Assembly: GCA_009103225.1 (NCBI GenBank)
Contig: RHPI01001567.1
Coordinates: 1 to 64,000, forward strand
From: Chlorokybus atmophyticus
Lineage: Eukaryota > Plantae > Mesostigma and Chlorokybus algae
Direction: 5' to 3'
Length of the DNA stretch: 64,000 nt
This document shows positions 37,322-51,148 of this stretch, in pieces. The translations under genes were made by a program, and so were the position numbers. The notes below the pieces were generated by a model. The model saw only the letters and a list, made by a program, of their open reading frames with translations. It did not search any database and was not told where the DNA came from. Numbering within the stretch: position 1 is the stretch's first letter; each line of letters begins with the position of its first letter.

Positions 37322-39588
37322 TGCCTTCATGATTGGGTTGTGATAGGCATGATTGGCAACTAATGGTGCGGCTGTTTGGTCGGGCCTGCCGGCCTGCCGG
37401 CATTTGAGGTTCTGCGCATCAAGGCCGTGCTGGGCCATGAGTGGCACCCGCGACTGTCAGACAGCTACTCGCAACTGCCTCTTGTAGCTGGGCGGCAACT
37501 ATTAGCCCAAACACTGCTTTGGATCGGCGAGATGTACATCTCGCCCATCAAAAACACATCCCCACGTTATGCAATTGCTCACATATATGCGAACAAATGG
37601 CAATAATGAGCGTAGTCATGTGACAACAATAAATGAAATGCTGAATGTGGCGGTATATTAGCAAATATTGCCGCATGTGCATGCAATAGAGACAATATAA
37701 TGCAAACCATACACGTTAAATTGAAAAACTGTGATCGGATGATTTTTACGCAACCGATAACCGTTTGATCCTATCCGTTTTCGTATTATACATTTTACAT
37801 AGCTTTTCGTATTATCGCTAAACACGGTGTAAATAAACGTTCAACAAGCAGAACACAAGAAGTAACAACTGTGAGTTCTGATGTAAAATCAAGTTTAAAA
37901 CCGTTCTATTGAATTAGTACCATACACAAAAAGTAGCTAGCGCCGTTACGCTGCAGTGCATCAATCGAATGCCTTTCTAAGTCAAGCGGTAACATCGTCA
38001 AAACCGCAGTTGCTCAGTACGAGGCACTACCTCATTTAGTGAACAAGCGAAAAGCATCTTTTACCGCTTCAGCAACGGCGAACGAGAAACGGCATGTGAT
38101 GTCGCTCGCATCTTCGGCACAACGCGACAATTTGCCATGGAAACGCGTTTCCCAAACCCCCCAAAGAATCTTAAACCCATCCTACTAACAGCAACTGCAC
38201 TATGTCCGTTACAAAGCGACCTATCGTTATCATAAGCGATTTCAATTGGACGGCAAGCAATACATTAGCCGAACTAATTGCACAGTACTCTGCTTTCATG
38301 TAATAAAGCATTGATGAGTTGGGAGGCCTTGTGCCACCAGAGTTCAGCTCGGCATTGCCACCACTAGGAGGTGGTGGCAATGCCGAGCTGGACATTGGCA
38401 GCGCTGCCATCGCCGCTGCTCAATCCTTTATAACCATGATGACCGGCGCATACAGCAACGCAAACATCAATGTGCATGTTTTCTTTTATTTACAAGTTTA
38501 AGACAGCCGTTCTTTACCTACAATTGTGTTTGCATTGTAAGCACGTGCTTCTTATACATTACTATCATGTGTAATCCCCAAAGAGTATGGCAGTTTGCAT
38601 CAATGCATCAAGCTTAACTAGAAAGACACTTGTCATTTGTGGACTCATTGCAAATGGTTTAAGTTATGTCAACAACGTCATATAATATTGTGATGCATAT
38701 GTTAAGATAGCATGGCCAGCAATCAATGTTTGATGGCCTTCCTGTTTGTACATGCTGTATAACATGCGTGTGCGTATGTGTTATCGTATGAACAGCATTA
38801 TCATGCCCTCAATAACATAGGATTCGGTGGGGAGTTCGATGTGCGCGTATGCTACATATCATGATACGCTTTGCGTTAAGGTGCATTACTTTATATGCAA
38901 CCATTATCACCCCATGCTGATGTGGGGTGCCAACATTATTTGCAAGTGAACCAGCGTGATGACATTAGCCTCCCACAGCCTGCTTTGTTACCGGATGCCT
39001 ATCTCGAAGTCATATTTGTAAGGCATGTCCTCAGACTGAATGGTTTGTGGGTAGGGTAAATGTCCCTAACTTGGGGAGATTTTGAGGTTTTAAGGGTGTA
39101 GCGGGCGGGGTAGTTGTTATTTGGCGGACATGTATATGTGTTTTGTGTAGCTTAGGTTTTTCCCTATACAGCCATATTTTTTTGGGATTTTATGACCCAT
39201 CATAGCGTGAGATACAGCACGCCAAAGTTGGGGTGTGAGGGGCGTCAGTTGAAAAGTCCTCAAGCCCTAACTTGGGGACTCGAGACAGCTGCCAAAGGGT
39301 GTCAGCCTGTGCCAGCCTTTGGTGATGGCTATCACCTTGCACTTCCGCAGCCATTTTGAAGCGGCTGGGGCCTGCTGTGGCAGGCTAGGGTGGCAGGCGC
39401 TTCGCAACCTTGATTGCTGTGATGTGCAGGCCATCCCCTTGCAGGCATTCTTTGCCGCCAAGGCGTTGGCTTTGGCGGCAAACAATGCTCAGTCTCTGCA
39501 AGGTTGCATGCAAGGCGGCACTTGCATGAGGGAGTGGGCGTCCTGCTTGGAGGCGGCATGCATGAGGGAGCGGCATGCATAAGGTTCA

Positions 39589-39590
<2 letters not shown>

Positions 39591-39644
<54 letters not shown>
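39591..39644. repeat. (GT)n microsatellite
   Basis: About 27 GT units in the 3' region of pogo B. Confidence 0.95.
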
Positions 39645-39657
<13 letters not shown>

Positions 39658-39706
39658 CAAGGAATGAGAGTGAAGCAGCTGTTCCTGTCTACCTAGTCCT
39701 AGCTGT

Positions 39707-41800
39707 CTAGGTAAGGGTGCTCAAGTGTCTTGGGCGGTTTGGCCTTGTTCTCCAGCGTGCGCCCGCCTCCTTGGCCTGTGGGTTGGGGCTAGGATCAACA
39801 CGCAGGTGGCGCTCGGCGAATGCTTCTGCATAATCCCACAGGGGGTCGCCCAACTGGTTCTCACACATTCTTGGGTTCCACTCGTAGCGCATGATAATCT
39901 CTGCGGCTTCTCTGGCTGTCCTCTCTCTCTGTTCCAGCTCTGCTCGCCTTGCTTGTTCTTGTGCTACTTGCTTCTCTGCTGCTTCACGCTTTTCTTCAGC
40001 TTGTTCTTCAGCCCTTGCTTGCTTGCGCTGCTCTTTCTCCCTCTCTTTCAGCATCTTCTTGAGCGCAGATGCCTTCTTTTTGCTGCTGTTTTCTCTGCCC
40101 TGGCTGCAGCTTCTTGCTCTGCTTGTGTCTTGCGTTGCTTGGCTGCCTCTTTGCGTGCTTGAATTGCTTCAACTTTTGCTGCCTTCTCTGCATCCTGCCT
40201 CTCCAGCTCCTCAGCGATCTCTTCAGCAGTCAACAGCTGTGCTGTCGTCACACCCCTCCTTTTCTTGGCTGGTGCCTCTGTGTTGAGTGTGCTGTCCTCT
40301 GGGGCGTTGGGGTTGTTGTTTTCAGTTGCATCTCCTGCCTCTATCGCCTCCAGGAGGCATGAGAGGCCTGGGGGTGGTGGGGGTGCCTCTGTGTCCGTAA
40401 AGTACTTGTCCAATGCATGCTTGTTGAGCGGCCACAATCCACAAGCTCGAAAGCCTGCGATGATGTTGGCAGGGGACAGTCCAGTGTAGTAGGGGTTGAC
40501 GAGCAGCCTGAGGAATTCTTTGCGGTTGAGCTCGAAGTTGTACCTGGTTTCCATCCGCTTCCTATACTCCTTCCTGCATGCTTCCTTGAAAGGGTGGAAG
40601 CATGAAACGTCCAACACTTGCAGGCGGTGTGTTGTGTGTGGTGGCAAGACGAGGATGTGAAGTCCCTTGTCTTGTGCATAGCGGATCATGCGGGGGTTGT
40701 ACCTTGAAACGTGACCATCCACCACTAACAGCGCAGGCTTGGAAGGACTCACCCCTCCAGGAAACCACTCCACAACTTTGCGGATCCAGAGCTCAAAGAT
40801 ATCAGTTGTCATCCAAGCGTTCTCCTGCGCGGCGAACCTGGCTCCTGGGACGTCAAAGTCCTTGGCATCAACAGTAAGCCTCTGTCCTTTGATGATCACA
40901 AGAGGAGGTACTGCAAGTCCTGCTCCTGTGACTGCGCGCATCAACGTGATGTGCTCTCTGCTGCCCGTGGTTGAACATTGTGCCCACTTGGCTCCACTGC
41001 ATGCAACAGCACAATCAGCATTGCATGCTTGCATATGTATCTAAGTGGATAATGCATGTGTGCATACTTATGCGTAAGCAAAGCAACTGTGTACCTTTCG
41101 CAGATGATTCTTTGGTTTTGCATGCTAGTGTCTGGCTCTATCCCAACCTCGTCCGCTGATATGATACGCTCAGGTCCAACCCCCAGTTTGGTGACAGTCT
41201 CGGCCAGAAGCTCAAAGTAGTGGTACACAATGTCCTTGCGCAGGGAGACCCTCCTGGACTTATCAAGGGGTTCTGCCTTCCTGCTGGTCAACCCCTTCCT
41301 CCTTCTCAAACCAGAAAACCACTTCAGACTAGGTACTCCATTCATGAACAGGCTTGCTCTTTGATCACCCACAAGACGCTTGCCTGCCTCGATGCACACC
41401 TCCGTTCATGTTACTCCTCTCCCCCACTTATTGCGGAATATCACCCACTCTGCTAAGTCATTCTCTTCTGCCTCCGTAAAGATGGTGGCAGCACCTGGTC
41501 CCCTATTGTGCGTACACTTGTATTACACCCTATTGACTAACACTTCAGCTGGCAGTGCATAAGAAAGGGGCTTACTTGTAAAGGGAGAGGTCTGATTGAG
41601 CCAGGAACCTGCGCATGGTGGTGTCGGGGATGCCAAGATCTTTCACAGCATCACTGACTTGCATGCAGCCCTGGTTGATGGAGGAGACAGCCCTCTGAAT
41701 GTCCTCCATCCGGTCCTGGTATGTGGTGTAGTAACGCTTGCGCTTGTTGGCAGATGGGGTTTTGGCCTTCACTCGCTTGCCCTGGCCGAGTGCAGCAGAG
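39707..41800 (-). pseudogene. Spliced pogo DD35D transposase; TGG->TGA at 41406 and frameshift near 40078
   Basis: ADEVG; VDGHVS-35 aa-LD; same intron layout as copy A; GVT*TEV versus GVTWGEV in A. Confidence 0.88.
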
Positions 41801-42994
41801 TGCATCAGCACAAGGATGCAAACGAGGGTGGTCTGAGTGGCAACTGTCACAGTGATGACAAACATGCCAATGCATGTGCAACACCCACCCTTGCAGAGCT
41901 GCGAGTCACCATGCCCTAAGTTGTAGAAGTGGTAGAGTAGTTGTAGAAGTGGTAGAGTAGTTGTAACTTTGCTGCAGTAGCACTCTAATTGTGTAATGCA
42001 ACTCTGTTTGTCTCTCTCGGACTGCCACACATGCACTTTGCCTTCACACTCTCACTTGCTTGCCCTCTCCACACCCTCCCCGCTAACCTCACAGAAGCAT
42101 GACCTCACACCAACTGCAACACACACTCCACCAGTGAGTGATTGTGGGTGTGCAAAGTGCACTGCAACAACCAACAACACGCCCCACCAAGTTACAGCAT
42201 CCACAATAGCCATTTCTACAACTTCACTTTTTGATCAATGCGTTGCGCGTTATCCCCAATAATAGGGTCATGCTAACGCTCCCATTTTCGCGTGAAACTT
42301 CATGAAACTTGGTAAACAAGCTCTTAAAACCTATAAAAACCCAACAAAAAAAACACCATATCAACTGGCGTTTATACAAGAGAGTTATGATCAAACAAAA
42401 TATAGTAAGACAATACCCCGTTTGAATCAGCATAATTATTAAATTTAAAAATTCAAAACTCCCGCTCTACTTGGCCGTTTGGCAAGGTCTTAGGTTCGTT
42501 AGGTAGCTCTCGGCCAGCGCTATCCCGGCCTATATTCTGGCCGGCAAAGACCAACTAGACCGCCAGTTATGACCAAAAAACGGCCAATCTCCAAGTTAGG
42601 GCCCATTCCCAAGTTAGGGACATTTACCCTACCATGGTAGCATGATTTGAGTTTTGGTGATGGCATTGAGCTGTAGAGCGTGCATGATGTGGAAGCGTAA
42701 TTGGTCGTCACGTGCGTTACGCGCGTCATTTGTTTTGTTTAGAGGAGCCGCGCTTTGTTTCCGTGCTGCTTTACCATCAGCGGGCGGCCATGCAAATTGC
42801 AGACCCTTCCGCATTCAGTAAATGGTCCGCTTGGGACATGTACGCTTGGTGCAAGCGCCCTCAGCAGGTTGATGGTAGTACGACACGCATGTCAAGTACA
42901 ACAAGCACGCCATAGCATACCGCAATTCTACGGGATCTTCTGCGGTGCGCTGACAGGGACACTCTTCAGCGCCTACCGGTACATGTCATGTAAG

Positions 42995-43001
42995 TATAAA
43001 A
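42995..43001 (+). promoter_or_regulatory. Possible TATA box
   Basis: TATAAAA about 250 bp upstream of the ATG at 43249. Confidence 0.3.
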
Positions 43002-43248
43002 GCAAGCGCATGCCTGGTGGGTTTGCTTGTTTGTTTGTTTGTTCAAGCTGCAACTGAGAGCGGCAGGCCAGCCGGTAACACGGTGCACTCCAGGCTCTCG
43101 CCTCGTCCGCGGCAGCCAACACCGCCGGTACGTGCGTGAACCGCTCTCTCTGTGTGTATGCACGTGTGCATGTCTGTGCGTGTGCGCCTTCTCATGGCAT
43201 GCGGCAGCAACAAGGCTCACTCACTGACAAGTGACAGCTGACAGAGAG

Positions 43249-46200
43249 ATGGCTCTCGGAGAACGGAAACACTCCCAGTCGCTGGCGCTGCTGCTGCTGC
43301 TAGCGGTGGTGGTGGTGCTGAGTGGGCACGTGGGCGCCCTCACCGTCGACGACTTGTACCCCTTCGGCCCTGCCAACGGCGACAAAATCATCAAGGCGTA
43401 AGCTTGCCATGCGCAGCAACTTGCAATTGTGTGACTGCATGCCTGCCTTCAGCACCTGTGCGCTCACCATAACTGACCTGCCATGCCAGATCGCACAGTG
43501 ATACTCACAACTGGCTTTGACTTCAGGGGCGATGACCTTGCTTCCGATCTGATCCCGCTGCCATACGCCGTGCCTGTGTTTGGCGACCCCAACGTGAAAG
43601 GAGCATATCTCAATCTGAACGGTGATAATGGTTTCTTGAAGATATATGCTGCCCCCCNNNNNNNNNNNNNNNNNNNNNNNNNNNNNNNNNNNNNNNNNNN
43701 NNNNNNNNNNNNNNNNNNNNNNNNNNNNNNNNNNNNNNNNNNNNNNNNNNNNNNNNNNNNNNNNNNNNNNNNNNNNNNNNNNNNNNNNNNNNNNNNNNNN
43801 NNNNNNNNNNNNNNNNNNNNNNNNNNNNNNNNNNNNNNNNNNNNNNNNNNNNNNNNNNNNNNNNNNNNNNNNNNNNNNNNNNNNNNNNNNNNNNNNNNNN
43901 NNNNNNNNNNNNNNNNNNNNNNNNNNNNNNNNNNNNNNNNNNNNNNNNNNNNNNNNNNNNNNNNNNNNNNNNNNNNNNNNNNNNNNNNNNNNNNNNNNNN
44001 NNNNNNNNNNNNNNNNNNNNNNNNNNNNNNNNNNNNNNCCGCACCCAACTTTCCCCCCACCGCCACCGCCACCGCCACAGAGCAAGCTCTGCTGCCTGTG
44101 CTATAACCTGCAGAATGGCACTCCAGACTTGAGGCGTGCATTCGTTGAGATTGCTCTTTCATGACGCCTTGGCTGAGGAGGAAGTTCTTGATTGGGTTGG
44201 CTCCATGCTTTGTGTGTTGTTTCAGCTTCCAACGCATTACTGCCTGCAGGCGCCCTGCATATGCAAGCTGCCAATGAAGATCACCGCCCCGAAAACAATC
44301 CGTTCCCCACTACTACGGCATATGGCTACAGCATGGTGGCAGCATTTTGGACCGACCTCTTTGTTGGTGACGACAGCGAAGTCGATGATGGTTGCAATGG
44401 ACATGCTTGCACCTTCGTGGCCTACCGCGCCGTTGGCAATGCTGACCTCCTCGCTACCATCACCAGTGACATACGTGGCATCTTCCCTCAAGAAGCACTC
44501 GCAGCGGGCTTCACGGCCGAGTCGGCGCTCATTGCAACATGGTTCAACGTGAGTGTGAACACGCACATGAGAGCGCGTCCGTGTGCGTGCTTGCATCTAT
44601 CTCCAATTGTGTGCGCGCATGCGAGTTTGTGCGCGTCCATATGCGAGTGTGTGGTGTGGTGATTGATGCTGAATGCGCGTGCACGCGTCTGCCTGCATGT
44701 GTGCGCGCACGCATGCGCGAACGTGTTGTGTGCGTGTTGTGGTGATTGATGCTGCAAGCTTCCTTGCTTATTGTGCAGGTGTCACAATGCTGCGACGAAC
44801 GCACGCCTTTCCGCAACACCTTTCAAGCAGTGATAGCCTTCAACACACGCACGGTGTTCGTGGGCTTGCTCTACCCCACGCTGACCTTCGGGGGCCCCTC
44901 AGGTGAGGCAAATTTGCTTGTTAGAGTCGTACAGATGTCCTGGCGGCGCACACATTACGTCAAACATGTGACGCTGACAATTGCGTGCTTGTTGCCGCAG
45001 TTCAAGCTGGATTCAACCTCGGTGATGGCATACACTCATTTCGGCTGCCCAGCTCTTTCTCCGGCGCGGCCACCTTCGATACGAATTCCAATGTCGGCCA
45101 GGTGAGCAAGCACGCATGCACTCTTTCGGTTGCCAGCTCTGCTCCTCATGTCATCGCGCACACGAATGTCATTTGCTTCCTGGCAGGCGGGCAAGTGGTG
45201 GTTTGGACTCGACTCCAGCAACCCAACCATCGGCACATTCAACTAGTGAGTGTCACACTGACACGCGCATGTAACCATTACATGCCTGTGTCATTGTGAC
45301 GTGCCGTGACGGCACGAAGTTGGGATAGCTGGACCAACACCAACATGCTCTTGCTAAGAAAGACTCTGTGTTTTTCGCAGCCTTGATGCACCGATCCCAT
45401 CTAAGGCATGTCAGCAAGTGCCGCTGTATGGAGATACGGGCGTGGACGCGTGCGGCAACCAGCAAGCAATGGATTGGGACCTCAACAATGACGGCGCCTT
45501 CGACGACGCGACGGGTACAACCAGACCTGTCATTGACACCCAAATCTTGCGGTTGACCCCTGGCACATATCCTATCAGCGCCCGGGTCAGATCCGCCCCG
45601 CCATGCCCCGGCGCCGCTTCCAACCCGCTGCTCAGCACAGCTCTCATTCTGACCGGGACGACGCCCACCATCTTCAACATACGCTTAGACCCAGCAAACG
45701 GCAATCCTAAACCGATGGTTGGCGAGGCTATTAGCATCACCCTGAACATAGACATCATATTCTGCAATAACGCCACTACAACCATTGACTGCGGTGCAGA
45801 CTCCATTGCGGTGCGTGTGCATGCCCCCCCCCNNNNNNNNNNNNNNNNNNNNNNNNNNNNNNNNNNNNNNNNNNNNNNNNNNNNNNNNNNNNNNNNNNNN
45901 NNNNNNNNNNNNNNNNNNNNNNNNNNNNNNNNNNNNNNNNNNNNNNNNNNNNNNNNNNNNNNNNNNNNNNNNNNNNNNNNNNNNNNNNNNNNNNNNNNNN
46001 NNNNNNNNNNNNNNNNNNNNNNNNNNNNNNNNNNNNNNNNNNNNNNNNNNNNNNNNNNNNNNNNNNNNNNNNNNNNNNNNNNNNNNNNNNNNNNNNNNNN
46101 NNNNNNNNNNNNNNNNNNNNNNNNNNNNNNNNNNNNNNNNNNNNNNNNNNNNNNNNNNNNNNNNNNNNNNNNNNNNNNNNNNNNNNNNNNNNNNNNNNNN

Positions 46201-46269
46201 NNNNNNNNNNNNNNNNNNNNNNNNNNNNNNNNNNNNNNNNNNNNNNNNNNNNNNNNNNNNNNNNNNNNN

Positions 46270-46345
<76 letters not shown>

Positions 46346-47388
46346 TCCCTCTGTCTCCCTCTCTCGCTCCCTCTCTCGCTCTGGTCATGACAAGCGGTGT
46401 TACCTGCGCGCGCGTGCATGCGGGCACATGCCTGAAGCCATGCGTGCGCGCACAACAGTACAAGTAAAGTGTACATGTGCTTGCCTTTCGGTATGAGTTA
46501 TCTGAGCGCTCGCCAGCAACACGTGTCATGTGCAGGGAGAGGCAGAAGGCAGCTGTCGGTACAGCACCCCTGGAGTCAAGAACATCACCGTCACCATCAT
46601 GCAGCACGGCTTGAGCACCTCCGGCACTACAAGCATTAGTGTTGTGGAGTACAAGCAAGCATGCAGCCCGTACGTCAAAGATGCCCGCATAGCACGCATT
46701 GTCTTGTCAGCTCTGACGCCATGGTTGTTTTGCTACGTGCATTAGAGCGGAGTATCCCCCCAATGGAAGAGCCGTTGGGCAGCGGGGCTGTCCCCAAGTT
46801 TACTGGGAATCGGGATACTATGCGTGCAACTACCCCGCCCACATCAAGCCCTCCACGCGACTGTGGGTGGCGTTCGCAAGCAGCGCTGCGGAAGATGCGG
46901 CCGTCATCCGACGCTTGTACGGCAACCGCACTATGATACAGGCCCTGCGCAAGTACAACAGCAAAGACCAGGTTGGCTGAGATGAGAGGTGTTATGGTGT
47001 GTTATGGTTGCAACATTTTGTCAATCCAGTGTAACGAGAGGCTGGTTATCTTGCAGGCGAATCTGTTTGCAAGCGAGGCTGCTGCGGCACTGCTCAACGC
47101 CTTAACACTGGCGTACCCGCAGTGCCCTCTCGCTGTTAAGCTCAAATTCCGCCATGCTCTGTATCGCGGCGTCTCCTCGACAGAGGGTGAGTCTCTCTCT
47201 CTCTCTCCCTCTCCCTCTCCCTCTCGCTCTCTCGCTCCCCCGTGCGTGAGGGAAGTTGACTCAACCAAACATCCTTGATGGGTTACTTATCGCTGTGGCA
47301 CTATGCAGCGCGCACAGTCTACAACACCTTTCTCTACCACAACAACGCTATTCAAGGATGCACCCTGCCTTTTTGTCAAGATAAGTGA
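43249..47388 (+). CDS. Secreted protein: signal peptide + NIDO + two PKD-like domains + PDF1/meiosis-5-like C-terminal domain (11 or more exons, two gaps)
   Basis: Predicted exons: 43249-43397, 43527-(gap 43658), 44250-44548, 44779-44902, 45001-45101, 45187-45245, 45381-45810, 46536-~46648, ~46746-46971, 47057-47186, 47309-47388. Most junctions are phase-consistent GT-AG. Motifs: LYPFG..GD, AAFWTDL, IATWFNV, NTFQAV, QAGFNLGDG, SNVG..GKW, WDLNNDGAFDDATG, YSTPGVKNITVT, EAAAALLNA..YP. Confidence 0.82.
43658..44039. other. Assembly gap
   Basis: Run of N flanked by C-rich sequence. Confidence 0.99.
45833..46269. other. Assembly gap followed by (CT)n
   Basis: Run of N. Confidence 0.99.
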
Positions 47389-48339
47389 GGTTGATCACCT
47401 GCAGCTAAATCCCTTTGCTAAGACATTGCTGATTTTGGTCACTCCAACTTGAATATGTCAAGTGTCATGGTGAATGGTAGTTGAAGTCATGTTGAGTATC
47501 GAACTACAAACGCTGGTGCCCATGTCTTAGAGCGTCGTAGCGCTTGTTAGGGGTATGCAATTATAGCAATAAAAGTGCGTTTTTGTACAGTGTACGTAGC
47601 GTCATGCAGCATTAATAACGACCATGACAAGGTCACAACTAAACTGCGACAAGTGACATGTACTACAAGCAGCAGTAATGTATATATTGCTTTACGGCTA
47701 TATCATTTCTTTCTTTCTCTTTCTCGTGTTTGGGAATCGCATAACGAACACCTTGTCGTGATGTGTACAACAATGCAAGGATACAATAGTAACAGTGTTA
47801 TCATGAGCAGGCGAGGCGAGTATAACAACGGTAAAAACCTTTTTTTGTATACTTCTGTAACACTACTGCGTTATCTTCTCAAGCATGTATGAAGACTACT
47901 GGCATACTTGCAGCAGCAGTGTGCACGACCTGAGTGTATGACATAGAAGCATCGGGGCGTGTCGGAGAAATAGAGGGAGAGAGTTGTCGTCCTGCATGCT
48001 GCTGCTGTTGCTTTGCTGCCCATTGCCAACCATGCCCATGTGGTCAGGTGAACACAAACCTGCATGGTTGCTGTATGACTAACGGGTCAGGCAAAGTTGA
48101 CGTAGCATAGAGAGTGCTGGCATGGTGGTGAGTCATATGTTGTAAACTAATAACGCGAGGTGGTGCATGTCACTTGTATGTCTCAGCACACCAGGCATGC
48201 CGACATAGCAGCATACCCCTTTTGTATACACATCTGAGCGTATATCTGCTTGGTACAACAGCCACCACGTCATGCACAATAACAGAGCTGCAGCAACCTC
48301 TGAAAACTATCGTACGTTGCCCAAAAACACGGTGTACGC

Positions 48340-49600
48340 ACAGTCTAGCACACAGGAGAATGGACGGTGTAAGTGTTGCATACAACCAACAGCACCGCGA
48401 GTTAGGCGTACTTGGTGGTGAGGCATCGCTTGATGGCACCCACCGTCACGTGAAGGTGAGGTTGATGTGTTGCAAAGCTTGGCACCAATTGAGGAGGGCA
48501 CAACTGCGCCTTCATGGCGGCGCACTTGTGGCTGTGCACGGCGAGGGCGGCGCGGAAATGTGCGTGCGGGGGAGCCTGTTGCCAAGTTGATACGGCGAGC
48601 GTGCTGACCCTCTGCTTGTTCTCGTAGCCTTCAGAGGCGGCAGCGCCGGCGTGTGGAGCTTTAGGGTCTTCCACCTGGGCTCGATGAAAGACTGTCCGGG
48701 CCACCAGCCCGGACAGAGTCATGTGCCCAACAGCGACAGGCCCCATACCTCGCCACTCGCATACAATCTGGGGCTGAAGCGTATCGGGCCCGTGCCGGGC
48801 ATATACATCACCGCATACACGAATGCGAACTTCAAGCGGCGTCTGGTCGCCTTCACGCAGCTGCTTGAGGACAAACACATCAGGGAGATACGCAAGGGCT
48901 GGCTTCTCGATGCTGGTACGCAGCATGGTTAACACTTGGTCATCCTTTTTAGCACCCCATGGCCCACGCATGCGCACACACGGCCACACAGACAGGTGCC
49001 TGCGGCCAAGTTGAAGGAGTACCTGCGAGTTCGTGGCCTGCAGTACAAGGAGGTCAGCGCAGTGTTCAGCAACTTGCACGTGTTTGAACAATGCACAGCA
49101 TGGCACGGTGATCTGTTGGTGTGATGGTGTTTGCACAACTGGTACAACTGCGGCGCATGCTTGGCTGGCAGGAGTTGAACAAAGTAGCCAAGACGATGTC
49201 CGTGTCGGACTTGGCGAGATGGAACACTGTCACCAGGTTTGCGTGGCGTCGGAGCAGGGACGACTTGGTGGCGTTCTTGGAAGCCAACCCTGGCATGGCT
49301 GAGAGCACAAGCTCCTGGAAAGACACGTGAGCGCAGCCCCCCCGGGCTCAGAAGCAACCAAACGGTTGCTCAGGCAGGCTCGCACCTGCACGTACACCTG
49401 CATACGCATATGTATACCCACAAGTGCAGCTTTTTTCACAGGCACGCCATCTGCTTCAAGCGCATGTCAAGTCAACCCACAACTGTTTGTTCCACAGATG
49501 GTTTTGGTGCAGCAGCGACTTCGTGCCCATATTTTGTGGCTTATGTTTGCCTGGAAACTGGTTGAACTTGAACGCTTGGAGCCCAGTAATACCAAGTAAG
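48340..49600 (+). CDS. Probable spliced gene of unknown function
   Basis: Exon-like blocks with canonical splice signals: ~48627-48915 (GVWSFRVFHLG...KHIREIRKGW), 48994-49050 (VPAAKLKEYLRVRGLQYKE), 49171-49327, 49500-49596. Exon phases are not fully resolved. Confidence 0.45.
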
Positions 49601-49698
49601 CAACTTGCGCGCATCGCCACATTGCCTTGTGCCATGCCCCACCCCACCCCCCACGCACCCACACCTGCACGCGCACGCGCAAGCATACACATACACGC

Positions 49699-50605
<907 letters not shown>

Positions 50606-51148
50606 NACACAAGCAAGAAACTGCCTTCTACACGGGCAAAGTGTATCCTGAGCAAAGATCTGGTGGCTCAACTCCACTGAAGACAGCGCTGGTGCATCGC
50701 GTTGCACAACCTTGCAAAGCAACCCAGTTAATGGACTCAAGAAGGAAACGAACAGTGCCCAAGCAGCATGCTCTCTGCACTGGCTGGCAACAGTATCACA
50801 CTAGTGATAACAAATCAGTGAAAATCTGTCGGTGATGATTGTGACAATTGCACTCACATTCGTGTATTATAGCGGCCCCTATAGGCTACTGCAGCGGTAG
50901 AGACGATGTGATGTCCTTGTTGAAATATATGCCACCTGTCTAGTGCCATGACTGTCTCCAAATCCTATGCAGCAAACAGAGCTTGCTAACACAAGAACTC
51001 AATCCAGCACTTGCAACATGTCATGCACAAACGACCATCCAGGTCCACGAGCATACCATATGGCAACCGCACTGGCGCTCATTATTCAGCAATCTATTGA
51101 TGTTCTATGTAACCAACCCGTCCTAAGCTATCGTTGCATAATTACAGT

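Larger units (their letters stand above)
39054..42629 (-). mobile_element. pogo/Fot1-like transposon B, 3576 bp
   Basis: Perfect 22-bp TIRs GGGTAAATGTCCCTAACTTGGG; TA TSD at 39052-39053 and 42630-42631; extra internal CCTAACTTGG motifs near both ends. Confidence 0.95.

Noticed and set aside
43300-46658. Long ORFs containing X runs
   Set aside because: They are artefacts of reading through assembly gaps.
48402-49136. 244-aa minus-strand ORF as a gene
   Set aside because: Splice signals and protein-like composition favour the plus strand; this is likely a GC-rich antisense shadow.
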